Shown here: positions 1-10,800 of the stretch, in pieces
Numbering within the stretch: position 1 is the first letter of the stretch
How the letters are laid out: each line of letters starts with the position of its first letter
Source of the DNA: Minutocellus sp. GHC0000111
Lineage: Eukaryota
Assembly (NCBI GenBank): GCA_977018835.1
Contig: OZ361260.1
Location: 434,001 to 498,000 of the forward strand
DNA length: 64,000 bases
Reading direction: 5' to 3'
Notes under the pieces: generated by a model
Told to the model about the DNA's origin: nothing
The model's database searches: none
The model's input: the letters and a program-made list of their open reading frames with translations, nothing else
Program-made: the position numbers and the translations under genes

Positions 1-3000
1 AGTGCTTGAGCATCTGTTTGAGTGTAGCATTTTGCAGTCGGAGGTCGATTAGATCCCAGTCTGAGACATCCCTCTGCTTTCCTTGGATTCGAATCTTACG
101 TTTGGCCGGACGCACGGGCTCGCACATGGTAATTAGAGGCAGTGCTTGATTGACAAATGTGTTCTTGAGGTCCCTAATGCGCAGCTTGCGTTGGGGGGTG
201 CCAGATACCTTGTACATTTCCAAGCACATGAGACCGCCGACAAGAGCGGTGGTAGTTGATATGGCAGGCATGATTCGACTGCAAATAGACTTGCTTTCTT
301 GCAGTGCTTCGGTAGGGATGTCGTAGTTGAGAGCGCGAAGGTTTGAACAAGCAGTGACAACGCTCAGGTGTAGGGTGTTATCAAAGTCCAGGGGTAGGGA
401 CGAAGGCGGATATCAGCGAGCTCTTGGCGGCGAGGCAACGAATTCAACATCTCGTTGTATTCCTCCTTGTCAAAGAAGCCATAGTCGTTCCGGTAAGCTG
501 ATGCTTCTCCATCCCCTGCTCCTCCTCTACCTCCAAGCGAATCGTCTTGTTCGCCGGTATCGATTCGAACACCTTCCTTAGGCTCAAAACGTGGGCTATT
601 GACATTGTTCAACACTGACATGACATAGCTTTCGTCGGTATTACAAATCAGACCAAACGCATCTGCTCGTAGCTTCGCGGCACCAATGATGAAGCCATAG
701 TGATTGCGCATTTTAGCATCATCGCACTCTGCCGAGGGATCAAAGGTCAGCGGCGTAGGGCATCGTCTTGCGCCGCCCCAGAATTTTGCACCGAATTGAG
801 TGACATGGTCGGGCGGGAAATTATACAACAACTGTTCAATCTCGTGCCTGTACATTTCTTCGAATCTCTGGCGAGCCCATACGAGACAGTCGGTGAACGT
901 ATATGGCCGCTCGTCTACAAGCACCTTGCTCAGGGCTTTCACCTTTTCCATTCGAATCTGCGGCGGCTGATTACCGAGTCGCTGAAGATAGCCATCGGGA
1001 TCAAAAATAAAGGCCTTGGCATTTCTTATGTCGCCATCAAAGGACTGGATGAAAAATTCCTTGGCCCATTGTAGAGTGTGCTCGATCTCGCTGGGAAAGT
1101 TCTTGAGAGTACAAGAAGGGATTGCTTGTTGCACCAGGTCGGGATCTTTGGTTGAAGCATAGTTATCGGTGAGATGTGGTACAAACGAGGTACAGGAGCC
1201 CTTCATTCCGCAAGTTCCACCGTCAAACATGGGGAGGCCGTACAGAATACATTTCTTGTCTAGATATTCTCGACCTTCGACATTGTCCAAAGCAGTGCAG
1301 ACGCCGGTAAGATTGCTGTAGAAATTGTCGGAGTAGTCGTTTTCTGTTGCCTCGCACAATAAGTCGTTGTAAACAGCAATATTCATGGATGAGTTAATTG
1401 CTCTCACGGAACTTGCTGCCATCACACTCTTGAATTGACCAATATCATTGTCCCGGAAGAGCAGCTGCCTGCTTAGATTGCTCTTCGATACTCTGTCGGG
1501 GTCGGTGATGTGGACGCACCCGCCGTCTGGAGATGATCCTACTCCCATCAAAGCCCAATTCTTGAGTACCTCCGAGCCTATAGCACCGGTCCCGGCCAGA
1601 AGGAATCGTTGACGCTCAATGTTGGCCTGGGCCACCTGACCAAAGACTGCTCGCTGTGAATCTGATCTTGACCGCAGCGTCGGTTTTAGTTGTAGCTCCT
1701 CGAGCAGTCGATGAGGAAGACACTCCTCCGAGTCGAAAAAGGCAAAGCCTTTGATGGGCATTTGCTTACCAGTGATAGCCTTGAGGATTTCTTGTCCTAC
1801 GATGCCTCCAAATATGGCGCACATGGGAGAGAGAATAGCTCTTGAACCCGAGGCGAAGTTTGTGACAATGCGCTCGGCATCTACCACATTTCGCATTATA
1901 CCATCGCGGTCGAGAGCATGTGCCAAGTCTACCACCTCATTGATTTGCTTGCGATTTCCTGGATTTGGTAGGTGGTTGCCATGTCTGTCTTGGTATGCTG
2001 TAAGAGCGCGGAATGCGAGATGCAATAGAGGGGGTCGATTTGCCTTGCCCTCATCGGTGACATTGTCGTAGCTCTCTTCTGGATGACGAAGCATCTTTCG
2101 TAGAGGCCAGAACGAGACCTTGGTCGATCTCTTTACTTGCTTGACATAACCTTGAGTTGCGGCCTCCTGGCAGTTGGACAAGTCGCAACCTAACATTTTG
2201 AAGGAATATTCGTTCGTTTCTTCCACCTCGTACTCTTGAGTACTCTTGATAATGGAACCATCGGCACCCTTGACCCGTTCGAGCTTTACATAATCTCCAG
2301 TTACGAGGCCGTGCGTGCCAATGGTTGGATCGACATTGACGGTGGCTGGATTTGTAGGCAAAATCTCTCGAACCTGGGAGGTCGCCGGGTCCTCGCCGTC
2401 CTTATCGTAAACAGTGAAGGATTGTCCAAAGTCACAAAAGACATGACCGAATACGCCATTGACCTGGGAGTAAATAAAAGGTACTCCACGAGCGCGGCAC
2501 AGGTTGTTCAGGACGAGGATAGTTGAGATTGGGAGGGGCAGAGTAACACCAAGACAGCTTGTAGTATCCGCCTGAATCAGCGTCGTCAGCTCAGCCTCGT
2601 TGGTGATGCTGCTCACTTGGTGAGCAACTCGGACAGTCGTATTGGGGTTTAAGCTGTCCAACTTGGTAGCTGAGAGCATCGCCCTCCCAGCGTTATGGCC
2701 GACACAATCCTCTGAGAGGCAATAATTGCCGCCAAGATCGTAGCTGGTTGGTGGTTCAGGATCGCATAGAGTCACCGTTCCAACGCCCGCAAGGATGATA
2801 TTCTTTGCCACCTCGGCACCGAGTCCACTCAATCCAATGATGACAACGTTGGATGACTGCAACTTTTGTTGGGCATCGATTCCGTGTACAACAAGCTGTC
2901 GAGAATAGCGTTCCTCGTCGACTGCAAACGGCAATATAGGAAGTGAGAATGGAACAAAGCAAGATATTAGGGCTGAACGCATAGAGGAATTAGTTAGGAT

Positions 3001-3455
3001 GCGTCCTTTCAATGCGGATCAGATGACGTACCTTCAACATCTAGTTGGTCTCTGGTATCGGCGGCGTCAATTTCCTTACTCATGCTACTGGCACCTCCAT
3101 GCAAAAGGCTGTCCTCGGCTGACTTGACCTTCTCAATGACCTGCTGCCCAGCACTATTGGCGGCACATTTGAGGAAGCTCAGAACGGATGACGCCATCTG
3201 CTCAGCTCCGGTGGCTCCCCGAGCCAAAGCGGTTGGTGCCCCGCAGGCAAATTCTTTGAGGCCGAGAAATTCCGCCATAGATGGAGCAGCGCCGTCTACG
3301 TCGTGGGCGCTACCGTTGGTCGTTGACGATTGGTGAGCGGTGTTGCTTTGGCCTGCATCGGAGGGGCTACTGGCTGGCGACGAAGGAACATCGTAATTGT
3401 AGGCCGCTGCGCCCCCACCGGCACCAAGTGGCGTCGGTTGTCGATGGACTACCAT
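1..3455 (-). CDS. UBA1: Ubiquitin-activating enzyme E1 (divergent UBA1-like); 2 exons; one frameshift; 3' end runs off the window
   Basis: YSRQL, GLSGLGAEVAKN, GTGAIGSEVLKN, SNLSRQLLFR, ALDNVEGR and catalytic IPSCTLKNFP motifs. Intron 2922-3031 (GTACGT...TTGCAG) joins ORF 3009-3557 to ORF 364-3012 in frame (E-V-D-E-E-R-Y-S-R-Q). After the GGGG at 391-394 the protein continues in another frame (PLDFDNTLHLSVVTACSNLRALNYDIP...RIMPAISTTTALVGGLMCLEMYK). Confidence 0.9.
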
Positions 3456-3984
3456 TATTTGTCTTCGAATATGCAACTTGGCAGCTTGGTGACCAGAGCT
3501 TTGATGCTCTTCTTTCGTCCAGCGAGGAGGCGTTTTGAGGGAAGCTTCTGGTGCCAAGCACTTCTATTCTCAATCCTGCTTATTTGGGTGGATACAGCAA
3601 CAGTAGTCCGTCGTCAGCAGAAGTCAATCTGTGGCAGCCCCGACCACTTCGACTGAGCTTCTCCGTTTGCATCTTTCATTAGCAACATGGTCTCATCCTG
3701 ATACTGTTCCGAGACAGTATCGTCTCAAGGAGACGGCGCTATCGTCCTGGAAGGCAAATCTCGGCGATCGGATTGGCGTAAGTTGTGCCACTTCTTGTAG
3801 GGTTAGGGTTTATGAAATTCGGCTCGTTAGCATTCGTTAGGGCTAACGTGAGTACGTGTTGCGTTGAACCTTCAATTTTCAGATTGGCACATTGCTCGTC
3901 GAAGTTCTCCTTGCTTTGCTTTGCCATCCCTCTGATCCCTCCAGCCAAATACTACGTAGTAGAGCTGTTACATACTAAGCACAA

Positions 3985-5274
3985 ATGTCGTCCTCCATGG
4001 CATCATCGATCGTGATTGCCGCTCTTGCGTCCGTATCGGTCCAGCCAGTCGCGGCATTCGGTCCCATCCACCCAACCTCCATCCCTCATCGGACTGGGCC
4101 TACCGGTACATGTGCTTCCAATGGCGGTGCCGGTATCGCTCCTCGTGCTCAGAGTGCTGCCTCCTCGCCGCTTCACATGATGCACACGACGGGCGATTAC
4201 TTGAACAGCCTGTCTCCCCTCGTTGCCGATGCTCCCGCCGGAGGTCAGTCGGCGACGGAGGCATACCTGAATAGCTTGAGCAACTTCGCTGAATGGTCCT
4301 CGTCGCCGGCCGATGTGGTGGCCAGCCCGGAGCAATACCTGGCCAGCCTGTCGTCGACCTTTGTCGTTGCCGCCGATGCCACCGATGCGGCTGTTGCTGC
4401 TGCTTCTGTCGGTGATGTTGTCGTGGGAAGTGGTGCCGGTTCTGCTGCTGTTGCTGGTTCGGTCGACCTGTCGTCGCAGCTTTCGCAATTATCCAATACC
4501 TACGACAAAATGCTGGACGACAAGTACGTGCCCAAGAATACCTGGGCGGCTCTGCCATCGGACTCGGCGGGCTTTGACTTTGGTGACTTTGCGTCGGACC
4601 TTTCCGAGCGGCTGGTTTCGGTAACGGACGGAAGTGGAGAGGCCCTGACGGCTCTCTTTGGCAAGGCTGGCGATGCCCTCCGCCTGTCCCTGCAGGACGC
4701 ACCTCAGAACATATACAACGGGGCGGAGAAGGCCGTGAGCACCGTACAGGCGGGAGATGTGTCGTTGGTGGATCTGGCCGAGGGTGTGCTGAAAGGCCTG
4801 GCCATTGTGGGCGGCGTGCTGGCCAAGATCCTCGACGCTCTGTTGCAAACGTTTGCTGGCACCTCCGTTGGACAGGTTGTGGCCAGCGCCCAGGCATCTG
4901 TGCAGAATGTTCTTCATGGTGCCGTCAACACAGTTACCAGTATTGGCAATATCACCCTGAAGGATGCCGCCCAGGGCCTGGTGACGCTGTTCATTGCAAC
5001 GGTCAAGGTTCTGTTCAGCGTTCTCAGTGCCGTCGTCAAGGTTGCCAGCGACAAGGGCATTGATGAATGGGCCATTGGTGCCAGCAACGCCATTCAGGAT
5101 GCAGCTGGAGACTTGTTGGCGCAAGCTGGTGATGCGGCATATGATTTGACGCACTCGAACGTAGTGGATCTTGGCGATGCGGTTGTTCATTTCGCAGGAG
5201 ATGCCGGAGCCTTGATGCTTCAGAGCCTCGAACTTCTTGGACGAGCAGTAACAACGAGTCCCATATTCACTTAA
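3985..5274 (+). CDS. Putative plastid-targeted Ala-rich protein of unknown function with three YLxSLS repeats
   Basis: 429-aa ORF; signal peptide ending VAA-FGP (ASAFAP-like) followed by a transit-like segment; DYLNSLS/AYLNSLS/QYLASLS repeats; amphipathic helical C-terminal half. Confidence 0.7.
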   Translation: MSSSMASSIVIAALASVSVQPVAAFGPIHPTSIPHRTGPTGTCASNGGAGIAPRAQSAASSPLHMMHTTGDYLNSLSPLVADAPAGGQSATEAYLNSLSNFAEWSSSPADVVASPEQYLASLSSTFVVAADATDAAVAAASVGDVVVGSGAGSAAVAGSVDLSSQLSQLSNTYDKMLDDKYVPKNTWAALPSDSAGFDFGDFASDLSERLVSVTDGSGEALTALFGKAGDALRLSLQDAPQNIYNGAEKAVSTVQAGDVSLVDLAEGVLKGLAIVGGVLAKILDALLQTFAGTSVGQVVASAQASVQNVLHGAVNTVTSIGNITLKDAAQGLVTLFIATVKVLFSVLSAVVKVASDKGIDEWAIGASNAIQDAAGDLLAQAGDAAYDLTHSNVVDLGDAVVHFAGDAGALMLQSLELLGRAVTTSPIFT

Positions 5275-5299
5275 ATGAGGTATCGTAAGGATGTTATTG

Positions 5300-6062
5300 A
5301 TATATATGTTAGTCCCAAAATGCGCACTGTCCCAGTTCGCGAACTGGGATCCCAGTTTGCGAACTGAGATTCATTTATCCCAGTTTGCGCACTGGGCCCC
5401 AGTTCCCAAACTAGGATCTCAGTTTGCGCACTGATACTACCAGAATGGAAACTGAGATAAACACGCCAATCCGAATTTGGGAACCAGACGAGTTCGCGAA
5501 CTGGAACAAAAATGAATACCAGTTTGGAAACTGGCATTCTCGGCAAGTGTCAGAATGGTAACTGCCGGTGTTGGCTCATGCACAATGATTATGTACTGGT
5601 AGATCTATCTACAATACAAGTTGCACTGTGCATCATATCTTGAATTTGCAAGCTACATGTACTGGTACAGTAGCAACATGATGCCGGCATAGCACAGATG
5701 CATGTTCAGTTCATGACTTATATTTGCCAGAAGCAGCTAGCTAGATATTATTATTTATTCACTATATGTATTTAGTATCAGCTAATGCCAATTTATTGAG
5801 TATCAGCTCCGGCACTAATGTCGTCTGGACGTCTGGACCAGGTTTGGGCTGTGTTGCTTCGCTATGAAAAATGAAGCGAGGAGAAGCAAAGGCGATATCA
5901 TCCATGCAAAATATTCATTATTTCTCGATTGATCCCAGTTTGCAAACTGAGATTGTGCCTATGATCCCAGTTTCCAAACTGGGATAAATAAATCCTAGTT
6001 CGCAAACTGGGATCCCAGTTCGCGAACTGGGACAGTGCGCATTTTGGGACTAACATATATAT
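5300..6062. mobile_element. MITE / non-autonomous DNA transposon (~760 bp)
   Basis: Perfect ~66-bp terminal inverted repeat 5300-5365 vs 5997-6062 (ATATATATGTTAGTCCCAAAATGCGCACTGTCCCAGTTCGCGAACTGGGATCCCAGTTTGCGAACT) ending in TA runs; subterminal arrays of CCCAGTTYGCGAACTGGG-like palindromes; AT-rich non-coding interior. Confidence 0.88.
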
Positions 6063-6080
6063 TCCCATCAGTGTAACTAG

Positions 6081-7163
6081 CTACGAGTATAAATCGGCAA
6101 CGATCACCGTCCCCGGTGCAAGTCTCTCCTTCTCTGGAACAAATCCAAGGACATTACCACCACCAATATTCTCCCGTCTCTTTTCAATGCCAGAATAATA
6201 CACCAACGGCCAATCATGTCCAAAGATTTCCTCGGGTCGAAGCTTGGTAATGTCCACCACGGCGCAATATTTGGTCAAGGGTTCGTTCGTACTGGGCACG
6301 GGATCGTCCGTGTTGAGATAGTGGATGGCATAGTCGGCCGTCTTGCCAAAGTTGCCGTTGCCGTATCCAGTCCCTACCACGCCTCGTTGCTGGAAGGGAT
6401 CCAACAGGGTCAGCTGACATAAAACGTTGTCGCCGAGTTGAGATTTGATGGCGGCACAGGCTTCATCGGCGGCGAACGCACCGACCGATATTCCGATGAG
6501 ATGGACCCTCTTGAGATTGCATGTGCCTTTACTGCTACTACCAGAAGTATTGCCGCCATTGCAGCATCTCTCCAGCAATCTTCGTGCTGCCTCCCTTCCA
6601 ACTCTTTGACCGGAGAAGCTAGCCTGCAATATGTTGGATGACAATGCCGACCAATCAATCATGGCCACGTATTGAGTTTTCCTTGCGCATTTGGCCCTCA
6701 GATTGGCCATCAACTCATCGGTGTACTGATCCTGCCCTGCAGCTCCATGAAACACCAACGTCACTTCCTCCACGTCGGCAGTCAGATCGTCGCCAAGTAC
6801 TCTTGCTGGCGATGCCGATGCTCCTGATGCTCCTGATGTTTGGTGGTCGTCACCAAACACCAGCGAGGCAACGTCTCTCGATCCAAGACGAGAATACACC
6901 TCACCCAAGAGAGGTAGGGACAGGATGGAACCGCCCACGCCGGCCAAGATGTTCCGCCGAGTTGTCGTGGCTGCCAAGACGACGGCCCCTCGTCCTCCCC
7001 CTCCTCGGACGTGGAGGGCGTGACTACATGTACAAGTGTTGATGAAGGGAGAGGAACATGACGACGATGCCGAGGATGAGGGCGCCGGGGGGAATGCTAG
7101 CACTGGACTGGACTGAGCAATGGCAGCTGGCAATAGCGAAGGAAGGAAGGTACAGGCCTTCAT
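6081..7163 (-). CDS. Alpha/beta-hydrolase (lipase-like), probably plastid-targeted
   Basis: VFHG oxyanion motif, HLIGISVG nucleophile elbow, LTLLDP acid, GHDWP His; N-terminal signal peptide ending VLA-FP. Confidence 0.8.
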   Translation of the reverse strand: MKACTFLPSLLPAAIAQSSPVLAFPPAPSSSASSSCSSPFINTCTCSHALHVRGGGGRGAVVLAATTTRRNILAGVGGSILSLPLLGEVYSRLGSRDVASLVFGDDHQTSGASGASASPARVLGDDLTADVEEVTLVFHGAAGQDQYTDELMANLRAKCARKTQYVAMIDWSALSSNILQASFSGQRVGREAARRLLERCCNGGNTSGSSSKGTCNLKRVHLIGISVGAFAADEACAAIKSQLGDNVLCQLTLLDPFQQRGVVGTGYGNGNFGKTADYAIHYLNTDDPVPSTNEPLTKYCAVVDITKLRPEEIFGHDWPLVYYSGIEKRRENIGGGNVLGFVPEKERLAPGTVIVADLYS

Positions 7164-7807
7164 GGTAGGCTCAGGCAGAGCGTCGATACATATGTCGAGA
7201 GAGCGAGGAGCGAGGAGCAGGATACGAGTCGTAGCCTAGGAGATAGGAGGGAGGGCAGTGAGAAGTTTTGCCACGCAATGTGACGATATGACGTCGAGAA
7301 GAAACCTCGCCCATCATCCAATTTTTCGATTGGTTGCGAAGCAGGCGAGTTGGATCAGTTGGATACCACTCATTCATTACCGCTCGGCGGCAACCCGCGG
7401 ACCCTAATCGGCAGTTGCAACGACGCTCCGTTGTGCAATCAAGAGCAGTCTGTGGGTCCAGGTCCTCGGTAGGTCGAGAACTTGTTGCGTCTCAGCAGCA
7501 GCCGGTCCCCAGAAAAATAGCAAAATAAAATCTGGCTGCAAAAGAACGAGAAGTTTAGGCGCGGGTTGCGATCCTCTGTGTGACTGTGCTTCCCCCTGAC
7601 TGATCGCCTTTGGGTCTCTGCTGCTCTGATTGCTATTGCCACCGGTTGATTTTGGTACAGAAGTGATTGATTCGAGGCGTCGGTTTTTGTCTGTGGTCGT
7701 TCATTCTGCAGTCAGTCCCATCGCATCGATCGCGAGACATCATCAACCAAAAGGAGTCGAAACCGCAATCCCAGTATCGAGTTTTGGTGGGGGAGACCAC
7801 GATTGCC

Positions 7808-10800
7808 ATGTCGTCTACGAGAAAAACTGCGGCAGGATCAACGTCTGCAGGTTCTCCTATCGCCGATGGGACTGCTGGACTTCGGCAGCAGGCGGGCTCT
7901 GCGTCTCAAGGTGGCGGCAGCAGCAGTAGTCTCAAACGTCCCCGACCAGCAGAGCAAGAGCAGCAGCAGGAGGGGCAACAGCAGGAGCGGAGAATCGAGA
8001 TGAACTCCGACGAGGAGGCCGTGGCAGCCGTCATGATGAGGATGCACGACAAGGAACGGAGTCCGGCCGCCCCACCCGGCGTTCCCGATCCCCTCCAGCT
8101 GCTCGGCGGCGGAAGGAGTGGCGGGCCCGGCAACAGCAACAGCAACAGCAGCGGCGCGCCTACGAGGAACGGGCATCACCATCAGCAGCAGCAACAACAA
8201 CAAAAACAGCAACAAAACGAACGAGATGGGAGCCATGGTACCAAATCAACTTCGATGGCAGCACTGTCGGTGCAGTCCCGTACGGAGGAGCTGCTACTGC
8301 AGAGTCAGAGTCAGAATCGGAACCAGCCGACAACTACAAGTAGCAGTATGATTACGATGATGGGCAATGGCAATCAGCAGCAACAACATCAACAAGAGCG
8401 ATCCAACCTCATCCGGAGAAGTGGCAGTGCTAGCGGCGGTGGATCGTCTGCGTCTCGGGGAGGGATATTCGACGATGCGGAAGAACAGCAACAACATGGT
8501 CATGGCAAGAAAGAAGATGTTTTGGGCTCGTACCAGTATGGCCACGTCCATTCCCATTCCAACAACAAGAACAATGATGGGAACGGGAGACCATCCACCG
8601 CGCCTGCTCGGCTCATCGGCTTATCGATCCAAACCACAAGCAATGGTTCGGCCAACGCTCGCAGTAATGCTGGTGGTGTGGAGCTGGGCCATGTCAGCAG
8701 CTTTGACAACGACAGTGTGACGTCCCCACGCAGCAACGCCAGCAGCAGCTCGCGTACGCGTCGTGCATCGGTTGACGAGGTGGGGGCAACGGAAATGGCA
8801 ATGGCAACGTCCACGACGGCCGCGGCGGCTGCCAATGGGATGGCACCGTTGCTCACTGCCCCGTCCAAGCTGGAGGGTGGCAGCCACAAGAGCTATGATA
8901 GCAGCGATGACGATTTGAGCCGAGTTTTGGTCTTTGGTGGTGGGGTGGGGTCCGAGGATTCTGAGGATGGCTCAGATGCAGATGTATCCTCCAGCAGTAT
9001 AAGCCGTGGAGGTGCTGATGAAGAACAAGCTTCGGAAACGGCGGCTCCGACTGATGCACATACAAAGGCTAACACCGCCGATGCAGCCGTGGAAGAGTGC
9101 GAGAAGGGGGGACTCCGTGACCGTGGTCGTGGTGATCAAGACGAAGGTGGCACGAAGAATACCAACGATACAAGCAGCAGCCTTGACGACCCGACGAAAT
9201 CATCCATTATTCAGAAGACAAGCTCGGCCACATCGCGTAGTTTGTCTCAAACTCCGACCAAGGGGAATTTGTTGCTGCAGGCGTCGGCACGGCGTCACGT
9301 GGAGCCCTCGTCGGAACCTCCTCGTTCGTCTAAACTGCGATTTTCTGTGCCGGCTCTCGCAAATTCTGTCCTCAATACTGCCAGTGCTGGAACAGCAGCG
9401 ACTGCCATAGGTCCTTTGGCCCTGGCTACGGCTAATACTTCGGACCCAAGTTCAGCTACCACCACTTCCGCCTTGGCCTCGGCCTCGTTCTCTGCCGCAG
9501 TCCCTGACGGAGAAGAGGTCTTTGCGATCGAGCGTATTCTGGGACGACGATACAACGCCTCGAAGCGGCGGGTGGAGTATCTGATTGTTTGGAAGGGATT
9601 TGCAGATAAGCCCGACGAAAACACCTGGGAGCCACCAGAACATCTCAGCATCCCCAGCCTCAACTTTGTCCAGCGCCGTTGGGGTGATAGCAAGCCATCC
9701 CGAACTGCCGCGATTGAAATGACCGATTCGGACCTTGATGAAGAACGAATGCGCGCCTTCTTTGAGTGGGAGAAGACCAAAACGCAAGAGCAGGCTGCTG
9801 CAGCCGCAGCTGCAGCGGCAACCAAGAAGAAGAAGGCTGCAACGTCCAAGAGAAAGAAGGCGGGAACCGGTGGTCGCAGAGGTAGTAGCGGTAGCGGTGG
9901 TGCTGGCCGTGGTTCCAAGAAGAATATGGGGGTGTCAGCCTTCTTAGAGGATGGCGAGACGACTCTGACGTTTGGAGATGGTATGGCCGATCCCAAAAGC
10001 TTCGTGAAGCAGACCCTCCTCGAGTTGGTTCGGAAGGTCCGAAGTAAGGTTGACGCGTATGGATTCTTCTCAAAACCGGTCGATCCAATCACATCACAGG
10101 CACCTGATTACTATGACGTAATCGATCGTGAAAAGGAGGCGATGTGTCTCGACCTGATTGAATTGAAGATCAAGAGCGGCACTCTGATGACTGTGGATGC
10201 CTTCGAGGCCCATCTCCAACGCATTGTCCATTGCTGTCGCAAGTACAATACCAATCCAAATAATTTTGTTCGATTGGAGGCCGACAAGATTGAGGAACGA
10301 GCCGCACCAATGATTGACGTTGCCAGAAGAGCCATCAACAGGCGCCTTTCATCCTTGTCCGCATTTGCGGCGCTTTCGGTGCAGCCGCAGGAGAAGGGGG
10401 AGGAGGAAGATTCGTCAGAGGACACCCGCAACGAAGAAGTCAAGAAGAGTGGGTCTACTAGCAATGCCAACGGTGTGGGTAACAATAGGAAACGTCGACG
10501 GAGCAAAGTGGATAATGATGACGATGACGATAGTGGTGACGACGATGATCATGATGACAACAATGATACGAATACGGGGGGCAGGCGAAGGAGCCGACCC
10601 AAGTCTAAGCGAACTCGTCGCAGCAAGGCATGTAGCCCAACGCCCGGGCGGCGAACGTCAGCCAGGAGGATTCCCACGTCGGGCAAGAAGGGATTTGCCG
10701 ACGCTGATGCCGGTTCTAGCGGTGGGAGTGGAAATATCGGCGATGCGACGGCCAAGCGTCCGACCCGAGCCACTCGCAAATCAGTCGATTACTCGGAAAA

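Noticed and set aside
3798..3811. TAGGGTTAGGGTTT telomere-like/telo-box motif
   Set aside because: Only about two units; compatible with chance or a simple promoter motif, not an interstitial telomere
5331..5540. Regularly spaced palindromic repeats as a CRISPR array
   Set aside because: Spacers are too short and irregular, there are no cas genes, the context is eukaryotic, and the repeats are explained as MITE subterminal repeats
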